From: Trichinella spiralis
Taxonomy: Eukaryota
DNA: 35,681 nt
Reading direction: 5' to 3'
Assembly: GCF_000181795.1 (NCBI RefSeq)
Contig: NW_003526944.1
Coordinates: 3,702,928-3,738,608 of the forward strand
Below the pieces are notes generated by a model. It saw nothing but the letters and a program-made list of their open reading frames with translations. It did no database searches and was not told where the DNA came from. Below are positions 22,925 through 35,681 of the stretch, piece after piece. Made by a program: the position numbers and the translations under genes. Numbering within the stretch: the stretch's first letter is position 1; the number at the start of each line of letters is the position of its first letter.

Positions 22925-24312
22925 TTACAATTTTTGATAGTGTTTCAATTTTCTTTCCGTTGAAACAGACTTTGCAACAGCGGGACTTGATAATAATTCA
23001 TCCCAACCTTGCCAGTCATCACCACTAGCCCAATCAATTTCTTCATTCACCTTAATTTTGAGAAAATTAATAAATTGCAAATAAATAAAATATTACAAAC
23101 CTCCGTTTGCATGGAAAATTTGTCATCATTCAAATCGGTCATTGCAGTTTGTTGTTCTTCTGTAGGCTGAAAGGGGGAAAATTTTAATTTACTAATTAAT
23201 CACTCCAAAGTTTATATAATTTATTGTCCATACAGTTTCCTCATTTTCCCAATCGTCATCCCAATTGTTCCAATCCGACTTTGGCTTATCTAGCAGTTCA
23301 GATTCAAATTTCACAACAGTCGAAGAAGAAGCGGCAGGTAATGTTGAATTTGCATCAACAGTGCTGCTGTTGGTGGTAGGAATGGGATTTTTACCATCAC
23401 TATTTGGAGCCAAATCTTCAGCTTGGTGCTTCTTTGTTGCGGATTCTTCTTTCAAATCAGAACGTGCAAGCAAAGAAGAGACCGGCTTCTGAAATTTTGT
23501 CGTCAAAGAACTCAAAGCTCTACTGGCCCATTGAGGCATATTTTGCGCAAAGTTGTCGGCACTGAATCGCATGTTCACTTCAGACTCTTGAAGAAAAAAT
23601 GATACATTTTTACAAAATATGAATAACAAAAAAACAACAAATATTTCAAGCAAACCAAGTTTGGGAATAATTTCAGGATTTTCTGATGCTTTTTCAAGCT
23701 TTTCCATGAAACCTTTGCAAGAGCGAAACGCATTTTCACGCACCTGCTTCTCTGGATCAATCATCAGTACCGTCAAAGCGGGCAATATAGCCATGGCCAC
23801 ACTTTTCAAAGGATAAAATTGTTCAGTAGCCGACAAAGCTAAAATGCCGGCAATCCGAGCAGGTGGAAATGGATCTTTCATTGATCGACAAAAACTCGGT
23901 ATCAATATTTTCTGCCGAACCTATAAAAAAATACATCCCTCATTATGAGTAATCTCAAAACAGATAAGAAATAAAAACACCTCTGGTTGTAAATAGGGAG
24001 CAATTTTCCCCAAAGCAATGCAACAGTTTGTACGAATGCCTGGCTGTTCATCTTTGATAAGAATTCGTAGCAAATGTCTGGTCAAATTTTCATTCAAATT
24101 TTTATAATTCAACTTTGGCGCAATTTGAACGGAAGCCTGAAACAATGTTCATTTTTTGCAGTTTATCTTTGTTTGAAAAAAAATTATGAAAATAAATTAC
24201 ATTATAACAATAAAAAATAAAATAATTCAAAATGTCATAAAAATAATCTGAAAGTATACTGTATTACAGTAGAACTTGAAATTCATTTTACAAAATCTTC
24301 ACATACTTTTGA

Positions 24313-24343
<31 letters not shown>

Positions 24344-27300
24344 TACCTTTCAAATTTTTTAAAATTATGCTCAAAAAATAATTTACCAACATATGATGAA
24401 CTTAAAAATTCAAATATCGTGTAGAAAAAAAAGCTGAATAACATAACAAATACAGTGACTCTTGTAATCGTTCACTCGACAATAGCAATCATGAAAAAAG
24501 TGCTCGCCCAGTTGAACGTTACTTTTGATCAACAATTAAATCTAACCGAATAATGAAAATATACTAACACTGCTAACATGTAAATGAAAACAAAAAAAAT
24601 GCAATTTTCGCAATACAAAACATGACAATAATTTTCATTTAAACCAATCTCTCTCTCAATCTCTACTGCGCAATCAACTGAAAGCAAACGAAAATTGATG
24701 AATAATGCTGAATAAAATTGTCTTTTTTTCTTTTTATTATTTCCAAATCAAAGGAATGAAATAAGTAAATTTCTGGAACAAATAAAACAATGATGATGAT
24801 GATGTGAACTAATCTGATTGTGATGAATTGAAAATAACGGTAAAAAAGAATTATTTTTTCACTTCTGAGACAGAAAAAAATCAGAAAATTGGAAGGCAAA
24901 GAAAGAAAAAAGTAATCAAGGCGCCGCCCGGGCAATCAACAATTTCAGTGGATTGTGCTTTTTGATCCGTCGCACCGCTTGTTCGTGTGTAGCCATGGTC
25001 AAATCGCAGCCGTTAGCTTGGAGAATTTTGTCGTCCTTCCTCAGGCCGCATTGGTCGGCGGCACCGCCCGGCTCCACACTGGTGATGTAGATGCCCGAGT
25101 CCGGATATCCGGCCGGAGATTGAGCCGGATCTTGGTCAATGCCGCCGCCGATTCGAAATCCACAACGGTATTGGGTCTCGCCGTCCGCGTCCACCGACTG
25201 ATGCTTGACCAACTCCACCGGTATGCAAACGCAACGAAAAGCAGCGCCGGCTGGCTGGCCAAAAGCCGACGTCGTCGATTCCATTTTGAAACAAGCTTTC
25301 TGAGAAAGATGATGGGAACCTTTTGCCAAAAATACTCCTCCCAAATCAGCCAAGTCAGACGATGACAACAACAACGACAACAATGAATAAGCGAAATTCT
25401 TTATATTCGTGTCAAGGTGTTATTACGTGTCAATGACCCATCAACAGCAAATGTGAAAGCCGACTGCACAGAAAAAGCCATAACTAATGACACTGTTCCC
25501 ATTTTTGACAAAATTCCCCCAAAAAGCAATAAATGATTCACCACCACTTTTGGTTTTCCTTTCATACAACAAAAAACAACTTATCGCGTCACTTTATCAA
25601 ACAACAAGCTGAAGAAACGTGCAAAAATGCGCAACCTATTCAACTTTGCAACGTACACTGTCGAATTTTCACCAAATAAAAAAACCAGTTTACAAAAATA
25701 AAAATACTGTAACTCAATTTGTGATGCTTAAGTTGTTTGATTTGTTGGAAATTTTTCAAAATTGAAACCCACACGTACAATTGGGAAATTTTTTCGTGCA
25801 AAATTAAAATTTTAAACTGATTTTACATACCTTCATTGTGTGTTCACGTAATGATGCACTTGTATCCAGCAAGCCGGTAACTAGCGGGGGGAAGATTTTT
25901 TCGTTCACCACTTCCGGCTTCAAGTGATCAATAAAATGTTCCAACTGAAGCAAAAAGAAATTCAAATTATACATTACTGTACTGTGTATAATGTTAACAA
26001 AACGGATAAATTAACTAACCTGCTCCAATAATCGCACTCGAGTAATTCGATCCTGCGAGGCAAACATGGCAATTACGCTGGGAATGACATGAACTTGATA
26101 TTCTTCCTCTCCGAGAAGTTTTCCAATCTTAGAATAATAAAATCGTCAAATTAATTTCATTTCACATGCGCATAAATAAATGAATAAATAAATATGTATA
26201 TACTTTTATAAGCGCCGGTATAGCAGAGCATCCAACGTTACTAAATTTGATCATTTCGTTGATGCGAGACAAAATTTTGTGCACTTGTATATCTTTTGGA
26301 AATTGATCAAGAATATTACTGAGCGAATTCAACATCGCACATTGTTCATTTGAATCTTTCAGCTGAATACGATTTAAATATGACTAAATTAAAACAGATT
26401 AATATTTTCAAGCACTTACGTGGAATTCTTCTAAAAATAGCAAATTATCCACGACTGGATTTGTGAAAAAACCACCGGTAACACGATTTCTTCGAACAAA
26501 ATCACCAACCGATAGCCGACTGCTAATCGCAGGATGCAATAAGAGACGAACGTCTTTTTGTATTTCCTTTGGGATTTTGTTGGGATTTTTCAAAAGCGAT
26601 GCATCACTCAATGGACCGTTGAAAACTTCCCAAACAAAACAACCATAACCGTACGCATCCACGGTCCTTAAATTCATACAGCTCTATTGAACATTCAAAG
26701 GTGTAAAAAATTTTCAAAATGCAGTTAATACCAATTATTTTTCAAAACCACTTTTCCATCACGAACTTCAGGTGTCGTATATTGTTTAAATTCACTAGGC
26801 TTGTGTAAAGCTTCAGGTTCATCCTCGTAAGAAATTAAATATTCAAAACCGAACAATTTCCACTCGCCACTTTTATTCACAAATACAGAATGACAATTAA
26901 TATTATTATGAACGCATTTCACATCTTGAGATAAAAATGAAACAGCATTCTAATAAAACAAGCAAATTATCATCTCTAAATTTCCAATTAAATAAATACT
27001 CACGGCAACAGAATAAAGGCCCCATGATGCAACTTCTTTGAAATTTGAAAATTCTTTCAAATTTTTAACGTAGCTTGTAAAAGGAACCACTGCTTCAGTG
27101 ACAATATAAATAAGTGAGTCTGTCTAAAAAGTAAAATTTTGACTGCAAATCGTAAATTTCGATCAAAATAAGCAATTTTTAGTTTCTGCTTTCAAACGTA
27201 TACTTATCACGTTCACTAATTTTACAAATTCAGACAATAAAATTTACATTTACACAATGGAATCATCAAAATCACATCAATTTATTCTTCAATTCGTACT

Positions 27301-27621
27301 TGTATGGAGTCAAGGTAGAGAAGAATTGAAGGATGGCGAAGAGTTTTGATTTTTTTCAAACACGCAGCAGCTTTCTGAGCATGTAAATATCCAAGATCTT
27401 TAAGATTGGCACAAAATATTGACACATCTTCTTGAGTTGTCTGAAAATTCAGCAATAAATCAACGAAATGCATAATTTTGAAAATGAAAACTCACTCTAG
27501 ATTTACCGCTATATAAAGAAAATACAGAAAACTGTTCCACATCAGGATATTTGTTCAACAAATCGAAAGGGAACTCTTTTACAGGATCACGGGAAAATAA
27601 AGCAGTAAACATAGACGTCAT
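22925..27621 (-). CDS. SCYL1: SCY1-like pseudokinase with HEAT repeats (N-terminal kinase-like protein), 13 exons
   Basis: Exons 27621-27496, 27440-27300, 27123-27004, 26949-26732, 26666-26420, 26362-26204, 26127-26020, 25944-25831, 24136-23981, 23920-23656, 23586-23234, 23166-23101, 23050-22925. Motifs: FSRDPVKEFPFD, KIKTLRHPSILLY, VHNNIN..VFVNKSGEWKLFGFEY (no HRD/DFG), KDEQPGIRTNCCIALGKIA, MKDPFPPARIAGILALSAT. Confidence 0.92.
24313..24339. repeat. (CA)n microsatellite in the SCYL1 intron
   Basis: acacacac... run. Confidence 0.9.
24916..25284 (-). CDS. TAX1BP3: single-PDZ protein, Tax1-binding protein 3 / TIP-1 homolog, 122 aa, intronless, nested in SCYL1 intron 8
   Basis: Contains GFRIGGGIDQDPAQSP...DSGIYITSVEPGGAADQCGLRKDDKILQANGCDLTMATHEQAVRRI, the TIP-1 signature. 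ATG at 25284 follows the acceptor TCTTTCTCAG (AG at 25301-25300); the ORF is open upstream to 25383. Confidence 0.92.
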   Translation of the reverse strand: MESTTSAFGQPAGAAFRCVCIPVELVKHQSVDADGETQYRCGFRIGGGIDQDPAQSPAGYPDSGIYITSVEPGGAADQCGLRKDDKILQANGCDLTMATHEQAVRRIKKHNPLKLLIARAAP

Positions 27622-28752
27622 TATTTTATTTCCTGCAAAAAACTAATTGTGAACGGTGTAATGATGATATAAAATAGCTCACATAAAACACATATATGTT
27701 ACAGTATTTGGTGAACATTTTTTCTTTTCTAAATTATATTTATTTAAACAAAATATTCTGAATTATTATTATTTTATTAATAAAAAATTCATAACTTATC
27801 AAATTAAAAAAATCTAACCTTAAAAACAAGGAAATCTGTTGTCAAAAATAAAAACTGTGTAAAAAAAATTTTTAATGACGTTTCACAATTAATACCCTTA
27901 ACAAAAATACGACCAAGCATACTGTTGTTTTGTTAAAAAGTAAGAATAAAGTTAGTTATGGAAATATTTCACAGTTGGTATAAAACTTTTGATTTTATAA
28001 ATCATTCAGCATTTAATCTAGATTAGGTAATAGATATAACATTTGAAAACTGGATATAAATATTTAATATTTGAAATTATGGTTCAATGGTCAGTTATCA
28101 GATACAAAATTTGTTGCTGCAACACAGTTTGAAATGGTGCTTTAAAAAATATTTCACTATTTTAAAAATTAATTCTTGAAAATTAATTCTTTAAAAAATA
28201 AATGAAATTAAAAAATGCGCTGTTATCTTTTTTATTGATCTAGGTCATTTGCACATAGGTCACATAGAAAAAGCTTGAACTTTATTATACTTCAGAATAC
28301 TGTAATGGCTTTATTGGCATACAAACAATGATAAGCGTCGTCAGTGACCGCGGAGAAAGTGTAGCGTGGTAGTGTGTTGGTTTTTCTTGGGGCAAGTTCG
28401 TGACTTGGTGCGCTTGTAGTTGCGAATTTACTTGAGCTTCTTTTCGCGTGTCTTTGTAATATTTCTATTATTTCGTGAGTAGTATTTAGTAGTGGCATTT
28501 AATTAATTTACGATTTATAGTATTCATGAATAGGCATTTTACAAAATGCCTTTAACTTTTTGCCCGAAGCAAATTATTAGTTCCATCGCGTCGTATATAT
28601 ATGTTGGTGAAAGTGATATTTTCAAACGCAGCTCTGTTTTGAAAATTGGTTTCGCTTGCGAATGTAGCTTTAGCGCGTGCAAATGATTATGATGGCGTTT
28701 TGCATTGTATTGTTTACTTTAGATTCGTTTGCTGCTATTTTATTTGGAATAA

Positions 28753-29016
28753 ATGTCCAGTGAGATCAGCCGTCTAGCGTGCTTGGCCCTGTACAAGAAT
28801 CTACAACACACCGCAAAATCGATCTCCAACTATTCATACAGAGAATTTTTCATTCGACGCATTCGTGACCATTTCCGAGCAAATATTCACGAAAGTGACC
28901 TGAACAAACGACAAGCGTTGTTCAGTGAGGGCGCACAGGCACTAGAAGGGCTGAAGAGGCAAAAAGTGCTGTGCGACCTATATCCTGCTGGGAAATTGGT
29001 CATCGAAGAACAATAA
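28753..29016 (+). CDS. LYRM4: LYR-motif protein 4 / ISD11 (NFS1 partner in Fe-S cluster biogenesis), 87 aa, intronless
   Basis: LALYKNL...SNYSYREFFIRRIRDHFRAN...LKRQKVLCDLYPAGKLVIE aligns by eye end to end with ISD11 (LYR, YNYR..RRIRDAFREN, LY..DKLIIE). An upstream acceptor ttactttAG ends at 28722. Confidence 0.9.
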   Translation: MSSEISRLACLALYKNLQHTAKSISNYSYREFFIRRIRDHFRANIHESDLNKRQALFSEGAQALEGLKRQKVLCDLYPAGKLVIEEQ

Positions 29017-29022
29017 AACAGC

Positions 29023-29979
29023 ATGGCGTCGAACGGAGATCTGCGCATGTGTCCGAAATGCAAAGCTACGGACTATAGCAATAAAAACTTTAAGCTGATG
29101 ATCAGCGAATGCGGACACATGCTGTGCCAGGTGTGCGTAGATGTATTGTTTGTGCGCCATTCTGCTAGCTGTCCCGAATGCGGTCAATTGTTGAAGAGAA
29201 GCTCGTTCTGGGAAATGCTCTACGATGACCCGCTGGTGGAAAAGGAGATTTTCCACAGGAAAAAACTACAAAAAATATACAATTTGAAAGAGGACGATTT
29301 CCCAGACTTGCGCTCTTACAACGATTACTTGGAACAATTTGAAGAAATTGTCTTCAATATGGTGTACGACCGCGATTTGGAACAGACCAAGCAGATGGTT
29401 GCCGACTTCGCCAGGGCCAATGAAGATTTGATTGCCAAAAATCGCAATCGGCTGAGCAAAGATCAGGAATGGATCGAGCGAGCCATTGATGACCAAGAGA
29501 AAATGCGCGGCAGACTGTTGGAATACAAACAACAAGAACAACATGAAGCCGGCATGAACAGTGCTGCGAAAAGGGCCGGTGCGAGGGAAATCTTGAACGA
29601 GCTGATGAATTCCGACGCACCGGCCGAGATGGTCATCATGAACAAAAAACATCAGCAGATGGTGGAAGACGTGAGGTTGGCCAAGGTGAACCAGGCGGGC
29701 GTGGTCGAATCGTCGAAGCCGTTTCAAACGTTCCAAAGCCAGGGCACTTATTCGGCTTTGAACGTCGACGGCGTGCGATACGAATACATCGCCGAGACCC
29801 TGGTGCCGAACATCGACGTCGACTTTGCCAACAATGATCAATTGGAGAAGAGAAAGTTCTATTTAAATGCTCGCATGCCGTCCCCGGATAAACTAGCCGG
29901 CGGATTTTCTGTAATGTTGCCTCTAGGAAGAGCTGTACAAGAAGCATTTTGCGATGTTCTTTTTAACTGTGATCTGTAG
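29023..29979 (+). CDS. MNAT1: CDK-activating kinase assembly factor MAT1 (TFIIH CAK module), 318 aa, intronless
   Basis: N-terminal C3HC4 RING CPKCK..Y.N...KLMISECGHMLCQVCVDVLF...SCPEC, then DDPLVEKEIFHRKKLQKIYNLKEDDFPDLRSYNDYLEQFEEIVFN and C-terminal AGGF...RAVQEAF. Confidence 0.96.
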   Translation: MASNGDLRMCPKCKATDYSNKNFKLMISECGHMLCQVCVDVLFVRHSASCPECGQLLKRSSFWEMLYDDPLVEKEIFHRKKLQKIYNLKEDDFPDLRSYNDYLEQFEEIVFNMVYDRDLEQTKQMVADFARANEDLIAKNRNRLSKDQEWIERAIDDQEKMRGRLLEYKQQEQHEAGMNSAAKRAGAREILNELMNSDAPAEMVIMNKKHQQMVEDVRLAKVNQAGVVESSKPFQTFQSQGTYSALNVDGVRYEYIAETLVPNIDVDFANNDQLEKRKFYLNARMPSPDKLAGGFSVMLPLGRAVQEAFCDVLFNCDL

Positions 29980-30171
29980 TTGTTGTTTTATCCATTCCCA
30001 TGTAAATTACAAATTATACACGTTTATATATGTATTATATGGTTTTTTTATTGTTAAGCAATTAAAATTTCATATATAATATATTTGTGTTTATGAAAAA
30101 AATTTACATAAATGAATAAATATACATAAATATATATACATTTTGAGTGAACAGAAGAAAGAGGTATATAG

Positions 30172-33053
30172 TTACATATTTTCGCGAAATATTTCATTCC
30201 CAATAACGTTATCGGCTATTGGTGACGGTTGCCATTCGGTCATTTGCTGTTTCCACATGTTCGAATATAGGCCATCTTTGTTCAACAATTCAGTATGACT
30301 AAAAGCAATACAAAATAAGTGTATATTTCAAGAAAGCAAAGCTTTTTGAATTCTTCTCATACGTTCCAAATTCTTCGATGCGTCCATTGCGCATCACTAA
30401 TATTTGATTAGCGTTGACAACAGTAGATAAACGGTGTGTAACAATGAGAGTAGTTTTGCCTTTGCATACTTTATCCAAAGATGCTTGAATGAGTCTCTCA
30501 GTTTCTACATCCAGTGAAGATGTAGCCTAAAATAATTAAAAAAAATATAAATTATTCGTAATATACTAAAAAAGTTTAAAGACAAATCGATTACTTCGTC
30601 CAAAATCATAACCGATGGAACTTTGATCATTGCTCTAGCAATAGCAATCCGCTGCTTTTCACCACCGCTCATTTTCAGTCCCCGTTCACCAACAACAGAA
30701 TCATAACCTAATAGAAGGTGATTTTTTTTGAAAAAAATGATGACTTAACTGAATTCAAATTTTACAAATTACCGCTGGGAAGTTTCAGTATGAGGTCGTG
30801 AATTTCGGCCAATTTTGCCGCTTCGAAAATCTCCTCGTCCGTTGCATTCGATTTGGCAAAAGCAATGTTAAATCTACAATTTGAAAAATTCAAATAAATT
30901 TTCCATTTTTTTTCTATAAAATATTTTTCCAAATCAAATTTTCGTACTTGATTGTCTGATTGAAAAGTATCGTATCCTGCGGCACGACAGCGATGTGACT
31001 TCGCACGGAGGATGGGGTAAATTTGGCGATGTTCTGATCGTCGATCAATATTGAACCTTGCACACAGTCGTAGAAGCGCAACACCAGACGCAACAGTGTC
31101 GTCTTGCCACTTCCAGACGGTCCCACCTGAAATTATGAGAAAATTTTTTTTTAATTTGGAAAAGAAAAAATCAACAAACAAAAATGGAAAATTCCATACC
31201 ACAGCTACAGTCTGTCCGGGTGGCACGATGAAAGAAATATCTTTCAAAATTCTTCGTTCCGGCACGTAACCGAAGCTGACATTTCTAAATTCCAATTTGC
31301 CTTTGTTGACAGTCAAAATCTCATCAGAACCCTGAGCCTAGAAATGCAAAGAATTTAAATCGATTCAAATCAATTTCAACATCCCAATCACAAATTACCT
31401 CTGGCGCAATGGAAAACAACGCGAACATATTTTCCATATCAATAAATGATTGATGAATCAGTCTGAAAATTTTTTTAAATCACAAATTAAACAAACAGAA
31501 ATATAAAAACAGAATTTCATTTTCTACCTGTAATATGTACCCATCCAATTCAACGGCTGGTAAAGTTGCAAGATGTAGGCAGCGTAGAGGACATAGTCGC
31601 CGGGTGTTAGATCAAATTGTTCCACAGAAATGAAATAAGCGCACAGCAAAGAGCCGGATAACAGTCCGATGGAAATGATCACATTTTGTCCAAAACTGAG
31701 AACAATCAAAGATGCTAACGATTTGCGTTCTTCTTTCTGAAATTTACAAATTTAAATACAACAACAACAACAACAACTTGATAAATTTTACTTGGTAACT
31801 TTCAAAAGCATGCCCGTATCGATTCGTCTCGTCTTTTTCAGCATTGCAAAATTTAATCTTCAAATTTAATAAGTCGATTTATTTATTTTCAGAAAAAAAT
31901 TACATATATATTTTTTTTCAAAATACCGTCTCAAAATTCATCAAAGAATCAACAGCGACTGCTTGCAATTCATTCTCACGCTTCAACATTGCTCTTCGAA
32001 AAGCTGTCCTCCATTCGGTGATGCAAAATGTGGCAACTGAATGATGGAAAATATTCAAATTAAATTATAAATTTCTGAAACAAAAGAAAAGAATATTTAA
32101 TTATACATACTAAGATAAATGGCCATTGTTGTCAATACTATCAGCCCGAAAATATAGTTGAAAGTGACACAAAAATATATGATAGCAATCATAATATCCA
32201 TTATAACCGGAGCAATGTTAAATACCATATATCTGCATGTTGATTTTTTTTAAATTTGAATAATTTTTTACAAAATCAACAAAAAGCTCACATTATTAAT
32301 TGATTGACACTGTCCACACCACGATCCATAATTTCAATCACTTCCCCAATTTTTCTGTCCATATGCCATTGATAGGATAATCTTGAATTTGTGTGAAATA
32401 AATTTAAAAATCAAAAATCAAAATCAATGCAAATAATACTTGTGCAAATGTTCATAGAGACGTAGAGAAATCTGTCTACTGCTGTGCTGTTGCACTCCGA
32501 TCCAAAAGTAATTTCTGATATTGTTCAATAAACCATTCGATGCACTGCCACCTTGGCAGAACATCAACAATACATAAATGATAATAAGATCTGATCGAAA
32601 AGCAATAGTTCCATTATCGTAGTTCAACGAGTCGACTAAGCAAAACAAAAAAATTAATTAATTAATTAATAATGCTACTTGAAAATCAAAATAATTTACC
32701 GATGTGTTTGTGGTATATAGGAGCGAATAGATTCACTACACGGCCTAATACCAAGAGAAGGAAAGAGAAGACGAATGCAAATTGCAAGTACAAATTTTCA
32801 CTTGGCCAAATGAATGGAATGAGAAATCGCACTTTGTGCCACATGTGGCGTACAGTGAATCCAAGGTGCTTCTTGAATATTTCAAAAATTAATAAACCAC
32901 AAATGAATAATTAATGTTTAATTTTTGAAATCAACTACTATTCCATATTCAGAAATAATTGCATGCTAATTCATATATTTAAAAATCAAAACTGCTTACT
33001 TCTTCATCGTGTGTTTTAGCTTCATTGTTTTTGAAAAGCTCTTTAAAAAACAT
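30172..33053 (-). CDS. ABCB6: ABCB6/HMT-1 family ABC half transporter (TMD + NBD), about 15 exons, no N-terminal TMD0
   Basis: The spliced translation contains [57 protein letters not shown], Walker [11 protein letters not shown]-loop VVPQD, signature [13 protein letters not shown], Walker B ILDEATS and H-loop THRLST. Stop TAA at 30174-30172. The start ATG at 33053 is inferred. Confidence 0.9.
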
Positions 33054-33342
33054 AGCTCATTGACAACTGCCGCATACAGACTTAAAAAGCCTTAAATGAC
33101 TAGTTTATTGTTTATTTCATTATTGTTTCAATGAAAAATTGAGACAAATCTTTAAAGTGAAAATAAAAATTACTTTTAAAGTTTAAAGTTTAAAACGTAT
33201 TTTAAACTTAGTCGTCAGTTTCACCCTACGACGTTGTGTTGTATAAATCTTTCACACTGAAAAAATAATAATTAAAATACTACTAAAAATTAAATATGAT
33301 AATTTACATGTTTATTTGATATAAAATACAAAAAGTGCAAAG

Positions 33343-34747
<1,405 letters not shown>

Positions 34748-35147
34748 TCGTAAAGCAACTGAAAATTGTTACCAACTGTTGTTTGCTTAGAAATTTTTTT
34801 CAAAATGTTCAAACCATTTAAAGCAAAACTATGCAATTAAATTGTAAAAAAATATACTTTCTACTATTTTATATTAATAAAATAAATAATCACATCGTAA
34901 GCATACTGTAATAAGCAAGTAAAAATGTATACTGTAATAGTATTAAAATGTTCATGAAACATTGAGAAAAATGTAATTTAATAAAAAGAAATTATAGAAA
35001 ATGCATAATAAATTAAAATTTATCAATTGAAATTTTATTAAACAAATAGATACATACTTTTACAATACTGTAAATGAATGTTTCATATGAAAACGACCTA
35101 TTCCAAACTGAGTTGCATCATTGGTATAGGATCAGTATATTGCAGAA

Positions 35148-35620
35148 ATGTCAGAACAAGAAGGTAGAAACCAAACTTCAGATGCAAAAGAAGACACTCC
35201 TCCACTTCCAAAAGGATGGGAAAAAAGAATGAGTCGAAAAACAGGTAGGTGAAATATTCCTAATTTTTTCTTACACGAAACAAATTGTTAATAATAATAA
35301 TAATCATTTTCTGAATACAGGAGAACCATATTATTATAATGTTTATTCACATGAAAGTCAATGGCGGCGTCCTACAGAGCCTGCTTTACCGAACATGTCA
35401 TCCGCGAGCTCATCATCATCATCATCTACATCACGAAATGAGCAGGTAATATATAAATTATAGTTGTGAAACTTAACATAAAAGGTTATTAAATTTTATC
35501 ATCAATTACAGGTTAAATGTTCGCATATTCTTGTGAAACACAAAAATTCTCGACGACCATCATCCTGGAAAGAAGCAGTTATCACACGTTCGAAGGAAGA
35601 TGCGCTTCACTTAATACAAG
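35148..35620 (+). CDS. PIN1: peptidyl-prolyl isomerase Pin1 (WW + parvulin), first 3 exons; gene continues beyond the window
   Basis: Exons 35148-35244, 35321-35445 and 35512-35620. [31 protein letters not shown] (WW) and [32 protein letters not shown] (parvulin). Not present in the supplied ORF track. Confidence 0.95.
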
Positions 35621-35681
35621 GTATTTCCGACTTTTAATTTCATTCATTTTTTTATATTTGGAATAAACGCAATTAAAACCA

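Noticed and set aside
23587..23655. 69-nt stop-free SCYL1 intron that would add a hydrophobic segment if retained
   Set aside because: It has normal GT-AG ends and size, T-rich introns translate as hydrophobic by default, and there is no evidence of retention.
28978..29947. Antisense ORFs up to 191 aa over MAT1 (and 24955-25365 over TAX1BP3)
   Set aside because: Expected by-product of GC-richer codon usage; no recognisable domains.

Overview
AT-rich eukaryotic scaffold with two N gaps. The ~55-70 nt GT-AG introns, AG acceptors just before start codons, operon-like gene spacing and a ~516-bp tandem repeat suggest a nematode, probably Trichinella-like; this is an inference, not a database result. 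The left half (1-17.4 kb) has no confident intact gene. It holds foldback inverted repeats, a GC-rich structured or LTR-like island (3.04-3.39 kb), a decayed hAT transposase, and a diverged ~1.4-1.5 kb repeat family interrupted by three ~516-bp tandem units. The right half is gene dense: a 996-aa single-coding-exon disordered protein (-), TRAPPC6 (-), SCYL1 (-) with a same-strand intronless TAX1BP3 PDZ gene in its largest intron, LYRM4/ISD11 and MNAT1 (+) only 6 nt apart and in frame, an ABCB6/HMT-1 half transporter lacking TMD0 (-), NKAP (-) and the 5' part of PIN1 (+). The best leads are the LYRM4-MAT1 dicistronic or readthrough unit, the in-frame SCYL1-to-PDZ splice option, and the TMD0-less ABCB6. 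Gene names come from recalled family motifs and exon structures were read by hand.
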